Shown here in pieces: positions 14,763-26,625 of a stretch of DNA of 64,000 nt. Source of the DNA: Tubiluchus corallicola (taxonomy: Eukaryota; Animalia; Priapulida). The notes under the pieces were generated by a model. That model saw nothing but the letters and a program-made list of their open reading frames with translations. It ran no database searches and had not been told where the DNA came from. The position numbers and the translations under genes are program-made. Every line of letters begins with the position of its first letter. The stretch's first letter is position 1. The stretch spans positions 2,418,001 to 2,482,000 of the forward strand of contig JAQGDQ010000002.1 in NCBI GenBank assembly GCA_030141605.1, given 5' to 3'.

Positions 14763-15264
14763 AAAAATCAAGAGAAATTTCACGAAATTGTCGCGGTTTT
14801 ACAGGCAACAATAAATCCTGAAAATCGTGGAATATGTATTTGTTGAATGATTGACTTTTACAATCCACGTGCGCCTGTAAACTCAGCATTCATTCACCAA
14901 ACCCTCAGCGCCCGCAACCTCAGTACCCGCAATCTCAGCACCTTCAGTGAGAAATAACATGTACAATATGCTCTGGAGAAAGTATGCATTTATTTGCAGA
15001 GGACGCTAAATTTGTTGCCTCCTGTGTAACAATAATTCTCGTAAAAATTCAGTTATTGCAATTTAACAGTCATATTTACCCGTCTAATTGTTCACTTTAG
15101 TTTTGATTGACAATCGCTTACTAGTTTTTTGCATTAACCTATGTCAACCGATTTTAAGTGTTTGGTGAGAATGGTCAAATGGTCTCTTGTTAGAAAACCA
15201 CTAACCGTCTGATCTACCAGTCGACTGGCCGTTTAAATGGTTAGCTAACTATCTGGTTAGCTAT

Positions 15265-15545
15265 TTATTTGTTGATAGATTCATTCTTTGTTTGTTTGTT
15301 GGTTGATTATTGGTTGGTGGTTTATTTGATTGTTTGTTTGTTTATTTGTTCTTTGGTTGGCTTGGTAGGTTGGTTGTTGATATGTTGGCTGGTTGATTGG
15401 TTGGTGAACCAACCAGTTGGTCAAATAATCAGTCATCTAGTAATAGGTCGATAGATAGGTATGCAGGTAGGTAGGTAGGCAGGAAGGTAGATAGGTAGGT
15501 AGCTTGGCTGGTTAGTCGACTGGTTCGTTGGCTGGTTAGTTGCTT
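15265..15545 (+). repeat. Low-complexity (TTGG/TTTG/AGGT)n tetranucleotide region
   Basis: Direct reading. Confidence 0.85.
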
Positions 15546-16559
15546 ATCTGAATAATTAGTTTGTTCTGCGATTTCTGGCTTGACTGGCAGAATAGCTGGC
15601 TGACTAGCTGGCGCTTATTCGGTTAATTTATTGCTTACAAGATGGGCACCCAGTCTTTCGGTCAGTGGCCTGATTATTCCATTGACTAGTTATTGGGTCA
15701 GCTGAAACGTGGTAATAATGGACAAGTTTATTGGTTGATGACAACTGGAACTGAAGAACTTGAGTTTAGCAGACAATGGGTTAAACTGTTGCGTTATTGC
15801 TTTTATACTTTCTTGTCGCAGTGGCTGTATTGACAAATCCGCAGGGCGTCACGTCAGTTCTTACAAATTTTCAATTTCCTCCATAAAAATCCCATTGACA
15901 AGTAACTCATTCACTGAGGCTGGCTTACCTTATTGTAAGTCAGATTGGCTGGAAAATATTTGCATGATTAGGTAAGTTGTTTGATCGAAAGCTGCGAGTA
16001 CTAAAGAAGCTTTAATCGATTCCTTATTGCATCGCAGTGGAATAATTAAAACGCGGCTTTTTGCACAAACAAAGATAAGCAGGTACACGTAGATGAGAGA
16101 TAAAGCAGAAGAAGAGAAGTTTTTCACGCGTTCATCGCTTTAGCACCTCTACGGCTTTCGTCAGCAGCTCGCTGCACCGTTTGATTGTTGAACCAGAGCT
16201 CAAGTATGAGGGGACTTTCTTAAATTGTAATGGGATTAGTTAACATAATTACGAATGTGGTCGAATTAGCATTGTGGTGAAACGACCAAGTAACGAATGC
16301 AAAAGTAGAAAACTGATATGAAGTGAAATTACCAGTCAAATGTCTCAAAATCGGAATGGTCTTAACATTCACTAATCTAAGTTCAAATGACCAACTAGGA
16401 AGACGTGTACTTTACATAATTATTGAACATTTGCCCTCTATGATACACCTTCTGATGGCCGTTGCTACAGATGGTCACTTTCATTTGATAGCCAATAGGT
16501 GTGTACATTAGAGATCTAATTTTCATGGTTTGGCTATAATAACAAAAACACTGGAGAAA

Positions 16560-17020
16560 AACACACACACAGCAGCTATATTTCAACATTAATTTAATTT
16601 AGATGATTAGCTTTCGATACAAAGTATCTTCGTCAGAACAAAGGAGTTGACTGAGGGAACTAATGAGACAGGACTATTTATGAGAACGTGTGAATGTATG
16701 AGTAGACACAGGCTTCAAATTGTATACTGTGGATGCAGGCTGAATAATACAGTAGTGGGATGAAGTGATAAAGATGTGATAGGCAGAAAATAATTTATAC
16801 AAAAATATATAAAAATACATTAGTATTTGAATTTCAGTCTATGAAGTATAGATTCTCTGTTGAGCCCGAAAGGGTGATCCGTTTAAAGTGTGCTGATCCA
16901 GTATAATTGCCTTTGTTTTCTATGGTGTGCGTCGTGAGTGTCTTCAATGATGCGGATTTTTGTATCTCTAATCTTCCACTAATGTAGATTCACATGGCTG
17001 AGATTTACTGCTTGGCAAAA
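16560..17020 (-). mobile_element. Penelope-like retroelement 3' remnant (GIY-YIG endonuclease C-terminus plus pseudo-LTR)
   Basis: Minus strand 16960-16852 translates KIRIIEDTHDAHHRKQRQLYWISTL*TDHPFGLNRE, matching the RE-x-(F/Y)WI-xx-L-x-T-xx-P-x-GLN end of PLE GIY-YIG domains. A hammerhead-like core lies downstream on the same strand. Confidence 0.75.
16604..16642 (-). ncRNA. Minimal hammerhead ribozyme-like motif (PLE type)
   Basis: Minus strand CTGACGA-A-GATAC-ttt-GTATC-GAAA-GCTA: core boxes, a perfect 5-bp stem II and palindromic AGCT; stem I is weak. Confidence 0.6.
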
Positions 17021-17053
17021 CTCATATTCTAGACTCCCAAGGTATTAAATCAA

Positions 17054-17057
<4 letters not shown>

Positions 17058-17122
<65 letters not shown>
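17058..17122 (+). repeat. (TA)n microsatellite
   Basis: Direct reading. Confidence 0.98.
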
Positions 17123-17124
<2 letters not shown>

Positions 17125-17165
17125 TTTTGTACAACGATTGGTAACCTCACGTTAATCTTTTCCAG

Positions 17166-17503
<338 letters not shown>

Positions 17504-20500
17504 AGCAAGCTGAAGACTCTTATGGTTTGGTACCAAAATCAGGTGAAATTTGATTTGGAAGCTGCTAGGTATAACTCAGTTTTCAAAATTTAGCATCACC
17601 AGTTCGGTCAAGTAAACGTAGAATGACGTAATCTTATGTAGTATTATTGCCCAAGCTTTCTTTACCAAAAAAGTATACATGTTCTAGATTGGAGCATTCT
17701 TCGCACATCTGTTCGTAGTGTTTCACAGAGGAACGCAATAATGATTCATATTCAAAAAACACAAACGTACGAGAATACCTTTATGAGAACGAAATGACTT
17801 ACATTGTGTAGATAGCTGAATAAAAACGGGATTTCATCTAGTAAAATTTCAAAATATTACAGACCAGTAATTTTTAAGATTTGTACGATTTTGTGTGGCA
17901 TCCTATAGTTGGTTAATACGACTTGTATTAAACTCCTAAATCACAAACATTTTTTAGTTTAGTTTGCTACACTGTAAGCCATTACCTCAATAGTTAGCAG
18001 CAAGGCCCTCTACAAATGCTGAAGAATGGGCGTGACTTACCCGCATTTTGCTCTTTATCAAGGATAACCCAGAGTTGACACCCTGCACTAGCAGAGGTGT
18101 CTTAGCCAAATGACCGGAGGTGAATAACCGACGACAGGCGAAATTGCATACGAATAATATTGTCTGCGGGGGTCATTATTTTCCCACCCAATTACTAGTA
18201 AGCTAGACGTTGCCTAACTAACATAGCCAAGCACACATAGTGGGCACTCGCTATTCCCCTCGCCACAAAAATATGTATTTTATTTAACATAAGCTCTTTG
18301 CGGCGGTTAAATATTGAAGATATTTGATAGCAACATTTAAGCTTCAATTACGCAGCGCATTTGTAATGACTTTCCTTGCATCTTTTTTTGCTGATAACTG
18401 CAGCATCCATTGTCAAGCATCTTTTTCTCAACTAATTGCTCGGCTGGCACAATCCGATTGATGACCACTTTTAATGCCAAGCACATCTTTTCTTTCAAAG
18501 CGTCATTATTATTTCAATACTGAATTCGACTTTCAAAACGTTTAAGTTCAGCTTGCTTCAGATTGGCAGCATGTTGTGTGGCTTCCTGTTTTTCTCCAGG
18601 AAACTAATCTGTTTGTGTAGGCGCGCACAATCGCAGGCAGCATCTGCAAGGGTTTGCGTGTGGTGGGCCAAGCGACCTAAAAATGAGAACCAACATAAGC
18701 GGCAAGAGTATGCTGCTACCAAAGTGGCCACTGTCCAAATGACCTATTGCTCAATATGTCTGCTGCATAAGTATGTTGCTGTCCATGCGTCAATTGTACA
18801 AGTACCTGCTGTATAATATGTCTGCTTCACAGATGTCTACAGCCAGTGCCGAGACAGTATGGCAGACGAAACCGCAATCAGTCACCCATTCATTTAATAA
18901 GCAACCAGGCTGTTGCTTTAATTCGGTCACACACCGCGACCATTCACTTATTTTCTGCCTAAATGCGGGAAAATTATTGTCATAATGATGATGCTTGGGG
19001 TTAACATTCTAGCTTACTTAACGCAAAAATAGAAAATTTGTAATTTGTTTGCTTTTTATCACGACCTGCAAGTTTAAAATGACACAGAATTGCAATGTAC
19101 ATGATGATTATCCGGGTACGCCTAAATCAGGTATACGAACGTACCAAATAGGCGGATATTTAATAAAATTTGTAATAACAAGATTTATTAAACAAGTGAA
19201 CGTGATTATGTGCTACATACTGCCCGAATATCAACTAAAGCATGAAAGTATTTTACTAACACACAGCATTTAACTGAAGAAGCTAAAAAGCTGAATTCCT
19301 TATCTACAGTTGAGGACGGGTTTCAATAACAAAGCAGTAATACACTTGCTGAAAAATTAAAAGCATTATAAGATATGATTCTTAATTCTGCCAAACTGAT
19401 CTCATGATATAAATTTGTGTGTTTTTGTCTATAACTTCAGGTAGTAAACCACCACGCTGGAATTGCCTTTAATCAAGCTAGAAGCTGCATCCAAAATCAA
19501 TTTCTACAGGTGATTCTTCTATGTAAATGTCGGCGAGATCTGCAATAGATCGATGTTTACAACACTTTTTCATCACTCGGCGCATATCTGCTTCGGGCCA
19601 AGCAATACACACAGTCAGTTTTCTCTAAAAGAAAATTCTTAGAAATGGCAGTGAGACTAGTTGCGGAACATCTTTGTACAATGTCATTGTCAAACTAAGA
19701 GATGGCAATAATTTTAGGCATGTAGCGTCGCTGCTGATAAAAAGTCTTGGAGACACTTTTGAGAACATTATTTTATGCTTATATACTCCTATTATATCCA
19801 GTACTGCGTCATATTGAAATTCTGATATTTATGAACACTGTAAAACAAATCGGCGAAGTCCATGTCCGGCTTTGTCACGGATTGTTTACCAAACTGCAAA
19901 CTGAGTCTGAAACTAAATGACATTATCGGGCACAGTGTGTAAATTTAAGATCTATGTAAATAGTTATCGTTATAAAAATTTATTATAGGCGCCTAGTGTG
20001 GCATGCGCATGTGCATCAAGCGAGCCAAGTCCATTGTTAGGCAGTCAACGCCATTGACAAAATTGCATAATAGCAAATTTTACACTAGTAAAAACGTATT
20101 CTAATATTTTCATGTGTGCCTTACACATTAAAAGTAACATGAATGAAAATGACCAAAAATGTATTTCGTCAAATTGCGTTTTAAATCACGCGCACCACCC
20201 AATGTTTACGCATAAACGGTGGCTCAGAATGGGCCTACTTGCAAAACTTTTGATGGCGAATCGCCACAAAATACGAAAAGCTAGCCAGTAAATTCCGTAG
20301 GCCTACCGTAATCCGCATAAAATTCGTTTTCAAACGATATAACTTTTGTGACAATTGGATTTAATGAAGTTTTGTCATTTTTAGCCAAATTTCAGAAAAA
20401 AAAATTTGATGTATGCATCAAATGATTGTTTTAATAGCATAAAGATGTTGCGTTGTGTCAATACAACGCCTGTCATTAAAAAGCTACTAAATCTGACTTG

Positions 20501-20766
20501 CTTGTTACCTTTGTACGCCAATTTATTGCCGTCAATGTTGTCGCAGCTGTTAATTATTGTTATTATTAATTGTGTATACCTACTGTACATAAAAGCGCAA
20601 TTTTAATGTTAATTTCGTACATTGGTTATTATTCTCATTATTGTACTTTTATTTATTTTACTTTTAGCATTTTATTTTATATTCTTAATCTGCCACCTCT
20701 GCTATCATCATGAACATATCCTTATCGTCATCATCATCATCACTATCATCATATCAGCTCATCATA

Positions 20767-21475
20767 TTGATTTGATTTGATTTAATATTTTATTTCAAAC
20801 TTCACAAAGTTCATGTACACATCACAAATTAATACAAATAATACAATAAATCATGACACACAACAATAACACAAATAACAATTAACGATATAACAAACTA
20901 CGCCAATGACATCTAATTACAGAAGTAAAGTTTGCATCACTGTTTAAAATGTTCTTGCATATAAAATTTTCACTGTTATTCAGCCTGACGTATAAACTGT
21001 ATGCACATTTTCTGTAAATCACATCAAAATAAATAATATTATATCTAGTAGAAATATATCTAGCGCTCGTATCATATGAAAAGTTAAACAGCTTCCGTGT
21101 TGATACATTATATGCAACCTCGAGTTTGCTAAGATTGTAAGAATAAAAATGTCTCCAAGTGGACATACAATAAAAAGTAGTGCAGTAAGCATTAAACAAT
21201 TGTCTCTTCACGTTAACTGAACAGTGAGTAAATTTCATGAGTAATTTATTTGCTCTACCATAGTAAATTGAACATTGTCGTAATATATCTAAATCATCTC
21301 TATTGTCATCTGATAAAATATGACCCAGATATTTTTCCTTTTTACTAGGTACAAAACTTTTACACTGCAAAACAACAGACCCAAAAGTAAACTGCTGCAT
21401 GTGGGCGGAGCAAAACGTGACAAGTTTAGTCTTATTCACATTTACAAGGCTATCATATTCTTTATTCTTTAGCAA
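20767..21475 (-). mobile_element. 5'-truncated LINE (CR1/L2 group): end of RT plus C-terminal domain, 3' UTR and (AAATC)n tail
   Basis: ORF 20882-21475 has KTK..KYLGH..DDLDI.RQ..Y.RAN.L..KF..CS..VK..LF..YC, clearly homologous to ORF 23386-23913. AATAAA and the (AAATC)n tail lie at 20767-20794 on the minus strand. Confidence 0.9.
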
Positions 21476-22303
21476 TACAAGGATATCATATGTTATATTA
21501 CGTACTGCCCACTAATAAACTTCCTTTTTGATTTTCGCTACAATACCTGTTAGTGCAAAATAATAACAAGTAGAGCAAAAGAAATTCGAAACTTCAAGAA
21601 AAACACACAATTAAATTAATATTTAATAAACGTCAGACTTTATTTATTTCAATTGATCTACTCCCTTGAGTAGACAGTGTATTGACACTAACTATATCAA
21701 ATAATCATATATGAATCAATTCAATTTGTTGTTAAGAACTAGTAGTTATTAGGAACTACTATATATAGTACATAAGCCTACGGTAATTTTAAAAACGTTA
21801 CCAAAAACACGTGACAGAACGAAATTTTACCAGGCAAGTTTTCATTGAGTCAATGAAAGAAGATGATGTAAAACCCACAAACCACGAAGACAATTACCGT
21901 GCAAGTTCATGAGACCCTTTATATTCTCGGAGGCTCTGTTTTACTTTATTAATGGGGAAAAATTGCCCATACAGCTTGGCCAGTAAACCTGTTATGACAA
22001 GTTATAATAAACCAATCATTATAAGAAGATGTGACAGAAATGAGTTGTATATGTTCGAGCTTAAACGCTGTTTGCTACAGTAATTTCATTTCACCTGCCA
22101 CTATAATGCAAGTAGCAGCTGCAGGGTGTTGGTCTGATATAACCTTCTTGTACTGTAGGAATGACTATTTCAACACTATAATAAGGTATGTAAGAAAAAA
22201 GACAGAATTCGCCTGCATGAAAAAATTTGGCTTAGGTCGTTAGTGTCCGCGCCTTTGATCATCAAGAATTTTTTCTGCACTGCCTGGGCCCGATTTGCAT
22301 TTT

Positions 22304-22312
22304 TCTTCTCTC

Positions 22313-22366
<54 letters not shown>
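22304..22366 (+). repeat. (TC)n microsatellite
   Basis: Direct reading. Confidence 0.95.
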
Positions 22367-22369
<3 letters not shown>

Positions 22370-22429
22370 CAGTTATTCGTCCGACGAAATTTCAGGCGAT
22401 AAGGCTATATGTGATATGTGGATGCACTA

Positions 22430-24093
22430 CAAAAAGATTTTAAATTCTGCAAATAACGGTGACCTTGCGGCAAAATTAGACTTGAAGTTAGGTAGTAACA
22501 TGGGTATTGTGAGTTCTTTCACTGTGAGAGAAGTGCAAGAGGCCATTTCAAAACTATCTCTGCACAAATCGGTTGGAAATGATGCAATTAAATCGGAGCA
22601 TTTTAGGTATGCTTCACATATGCTGCCAATAGTATTATCACTTTTATTTAGCGCTTGTATCATACATAGTTTTTTTGCCAGATTCTCTAATGCTGTCTGT
22701 CATTGTACCGATTGTGAAAGACAAAAATAAGGAAATTACAGCCAAGAATAATTATAGGCCAATAGCACTATCCACAGTGTTGAGCAAATTATTAGAAATT
22801 TTGTTTTTAAGCAGATACGGTAACTCAATTCAATCAACACCAAATCAGTTTGGCTACGTGGATGAACTGGGTACCGAAATGTGTTTGTATACCATGAAAT
22901 TACGATTGACTATTACATTCAACGCCAGAGTCCAGTACGCATATTGTTCTTAGATGCATCTAAAGCTTTTGACCGGGTAAATTACTACAAAATGTTTCTA
23001 AAACTGGTCGATACTGATATGCCTAACATTATTATAAGATTATTAGCTTTTTACTACTCTCGACAAACTATGTTTGTGAGATGGGGAAATTTTTGCTCTA
23101 GCACATTTAAAGTCGGAAATGGTGTTCGGCAGGGTGCAAAAATGTCACCCATACTATTTAATTTATACTTCAGAGACTTGAGTTCTGACCTCACATCTAC
23201 CGGTCTAGGTGTCAGATAGGTGGTACTTATATAAATCACCTTATGTTTGCTGATGATGCATGTTTACTCGCATCCACTACCACTGCTTTACAAACTTTAG
23301 TTGATATGTATGTTCAATACACAAATAGTCATGACATAGTAATAAACGTCGACAAGACTAAAGTCATAACAATTACACCCCCAGTATGTGTGGGTTCAAT
23401 TTCCGTTCACTTGAGGTAGCCGGTAAAATAATTATACCGTGTGAAACAGAAAAGTATCTGGGCCATGTTATAACCAGTGATAACAAAGATGACATGGATG
23501 TTATCAGACAACGAAGTCTGTTTTGTGCTAGAGCGAACCGTATTCTTAGAAAATTTCATCATTGTTCACCTAATGTCAAAACTCATCTGTTCAACTCTTA
23601 TTGTAATTCTTTCTACGGTATGGCCACCTGGCGACATTGTTATAATTACAGTCTCAGCAAACTTAAAGTATCTCACAATATTTCAAAACGCAAACTTTTC
23701 AACTACCCATATGATTATAGTTCTAGGACCATTTCAGTAGACCACGACGTTTTATACTTTGATGTAATACATAGGAAAACTGCATACAGTCTATACAGTA
23801 GAGTAATGCAAAGCTCAAATCTTCTTATAAAGGCATTGAATAACAGTGACGCATTTTACACTTCAGACATAAGAGACCAATGGAGGAAAGTGTTAGGTAG
23901 AAATTATGAATGACGATTCAGGCTGGACACATGATATTGTATATATATATAGATTGTACTGTTATTTTATTTATTTATGTATTAATTTGCATGTGTTGAG
24001 AGGAGGTGTTATAATTATTGTATGTCTTGTAATTATTGTATGTTATGTATTCTATGAACATGATTCGAAATAAAGAGTTAAATCAAATCAAAT
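22430..24093 (+). mobile_element. 5'-truncated LINE (CR1/L2 group) with frameshifted reverse transcriptase
   Basis: RT motifs across shifted frames: NYRPIALS, NQFGY, FLDASKAFDRVN, GVRQG..SPILFNLY, HLMFADDACL (~23238-23267), KYLGH. Stop at 23913, AATAAA at 24069-24074, (AAATC)n tail at 24080-24093. Confidence 0.95.
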
Positions 24094-25340
24094 AAAATTT
24101 CTTTTAACATCTCACCACCTTATGCGTGCAAGCGTGGCGATTATTAAATGTAGACTATTCATGTCTTATTTTCTTATTCAAATACTAAACAATATATTGT
24201 CAATAATCCTGACCTTTTTTACTTAGCTTGACTTTGTAATAGCGCGTCATTTCGTGTGCTTTATTTCGATAAACCTTTATTTCGAAAGAATTAAGGTAAA
24301 CACTGGAAAGTCACCACGTTTTTCCAAAACTGGCAAAATTTATTGAGTGTTTTTTCCGCCTGTACCTGCTTGTTGTGTACTAACTGTTTAGAGTGCCCTC
24401 TGGTTACATTTTCATTTTGCTTTTTCCAACCTTATTTCGCATTCAAATCGCATTATTTCTACTCGAAGCGTGTCTCATTAGACAAACAGGCTGCCACTTT
24501 GATAATAATTGATCAAACGCGCGGAAATTGATCAAAAGCGTTGCATACGTGCCAATCTGAATGCTTTCTGACAACTACTTGCTTACACATGTCAATGTAA
24601 GTGTTATGTCATATGTATAGCTTGCAATGATTCGTGATAGCCAAGAGTGCGCTAACATTCTTAGCGACGGTTCTGCCACGCATCGCCCTTGGTTTGTTTT
24701 TGTTTTTCCGTTCGACACTTTTAGCTATCAGTCAGAAAATTAGTTGAAATTTCTTAAGTATTCTAGACAAATATAGTTTTTATTTTTAAGTCCACCTATA
24801 CTTATTATACATCTTTTAAGCTTCTAACAAAATCGCGTTTGGCGTATTATATTTTTGACAGCGGTCTATCTTAGACAGGAGCAGTGTGAAGTGGCCACTC
24901 AACAGAACGTAATATATAAGGCGTTTTTAACGAAATCTATCAACTTAAACTAAGCAACTGTACATTGTACAGTCTGTACTTATACGTGAACCGAAGTATC
25001 CATAGCTCATTGCCGCACAAGTACTAATTACGTGATGCATTGGAACCTCTCGTCGCAAATAGTGTATTAAGTATTTAATGGTAATAATTGTTTACAAAAT
25101 GGAAAGATCGTCTAATTGTACATGACCTATGACAAAAGCCTCATTTGTCATTTTAATTTCCTGTGTGTATTTCTCAGTTTTCTTCTGTTTATTTATTGGT
25201 ATTGGATTTGAACTCTCAATTATTTTATTTGACTTATGCTGTCTTTTTATCGATTATAATACGACTATTATACCCATTGTAATTTGCATAGATTTCTAAA
25301 GAAATGTACGCCGTGACTTTGTAACTGGTGAGCAAGTGAG

Positions 25341-25400
25341 TTTGATTTGATTTAGCTTTATTTTCCACCTTTTAGCTTCGGGTTTTTTCTTGAAGCGCAA
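25341..25400 (-). mobile_element. Isolated LINE-like 3' terminus (AATAAA plus (AAATC)n)
   Basis: The minus strand reads aaaataaagctaaatcaaatcaaa, the same tail as the two neighbouring LINEs. Confidence 0.45.
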
Positions 25401-26539
25401 TCTAAATAAAAGCAGACTAAGAATATTTCCTTTGGGAGCTCTTACACCAATGTTATAATTTAAATCACAAGCAAATGTTTTCTGGCGGCTAACTCGAGAG
25501 TAAGATTTTCTGCAACACACAGTGAGGTCGTTCATACGAGTAAATAGATTTTATACAGAAGAATAGTGCCGATAAAAGAGCAACTGGGGTCGAAATAGGT
25601 TTAATAGAAACAACTGCTCGGACGCAATGATTCGATGAGTGAATCAATCGTACGCTATACGTTCAGCAATCAATCTGGTGCTACGTTTCACGCTCTATTA
25701 CACGCTTGTCAACGTCCAATGATGTACAAACAGCAGCAGACTGACTGCAGGAAGGGACTCTCAATATCCCGTATTAATCTTCTCTGCCGTGACAATGGCT
25801 TCATTAATTGTTTGCAATTTAACATCTTTTAACAAATTTCAAACCACCGCAATTCATTTGATGCGGTCTATAAAAGTTGATCAACTTTGTCAGTTTAATC
25901 GTTAAAAGAAAACAATTTGTGAAAATAAAAGACCATAATGATAGCGGAATATAATGTAAATTTTTCCTTATTCTGCCAGACTGCAATACAGACAGGTTTC
26001 ACACACAGTATGCCTGCCTTAAAAATAATACAAGCTCTGCGTGACATTTTTCTAGAACTTGAGACAAATTACGTAATTGAGTTGTCAGACATTGGGCATC
26101 CAATTTTGAATTAGTTCACATATTGAGAACTTGGTAATGATCAGCAAAATGGGATATTTATGAAATATTTACGAATAACAAGCAAAAGCGAAACTTTTAT
26201 GACTGTAGCAAATCTTGGAAACATTAAAACCTGCATTATACTATATATTGCCATTTGCTACTTTTGATCCATGGCATACCATTAAGGAGCTATGCAACAA
26301 TAGCCGAAACAGTGAAACAACAACAACAGTAGAAATTAATGAAAGGCAAAACTAACGATATTATTTTGAGCTCATGCTTTCTTTACTATGAAAAATAAAT
26401 GCTATTGGTGATAACAAATGTTGTATTACTAATTTTGGCTTATTAGCTCACGACGGGATGATAACCCCAGATGTAGGTAAAATTGGTCTGGTGAATGTCG
26501 GATAACAGGAATAGCAAGCAACCAGTTTTAAATCGAGAA

Positions 26540-26625
26540 ATGGATGAGTGGTTAAGATGTGAAGCTAAGCAATATAGGCCTTTGTAGTGAATGGATGGGT
26601 GATCAGTGATCACCGAGGCGCTTTT
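26540..26625 (+). mobile_element. Degenerate 5S-like / SINE3-type relic preceded by a tRNA A-box-like sequence
   Basis: gaagctaagcaatataggcctttgtagtgaatggatgggtgatc aligns by eye with 5S gaagctaagcagggtcgggcctggttagtacttggatgggagacc. Confidence 0.45.

Noticed and set aside
19272-19300. CTGAAGA-AGCT-AAAA-AGCT-GAAT hammerhead-like string (a similar one at ~3845-3868 minus)
   Set aside because: The GAAA box is broken, and there is no stem I/III or PLE context.
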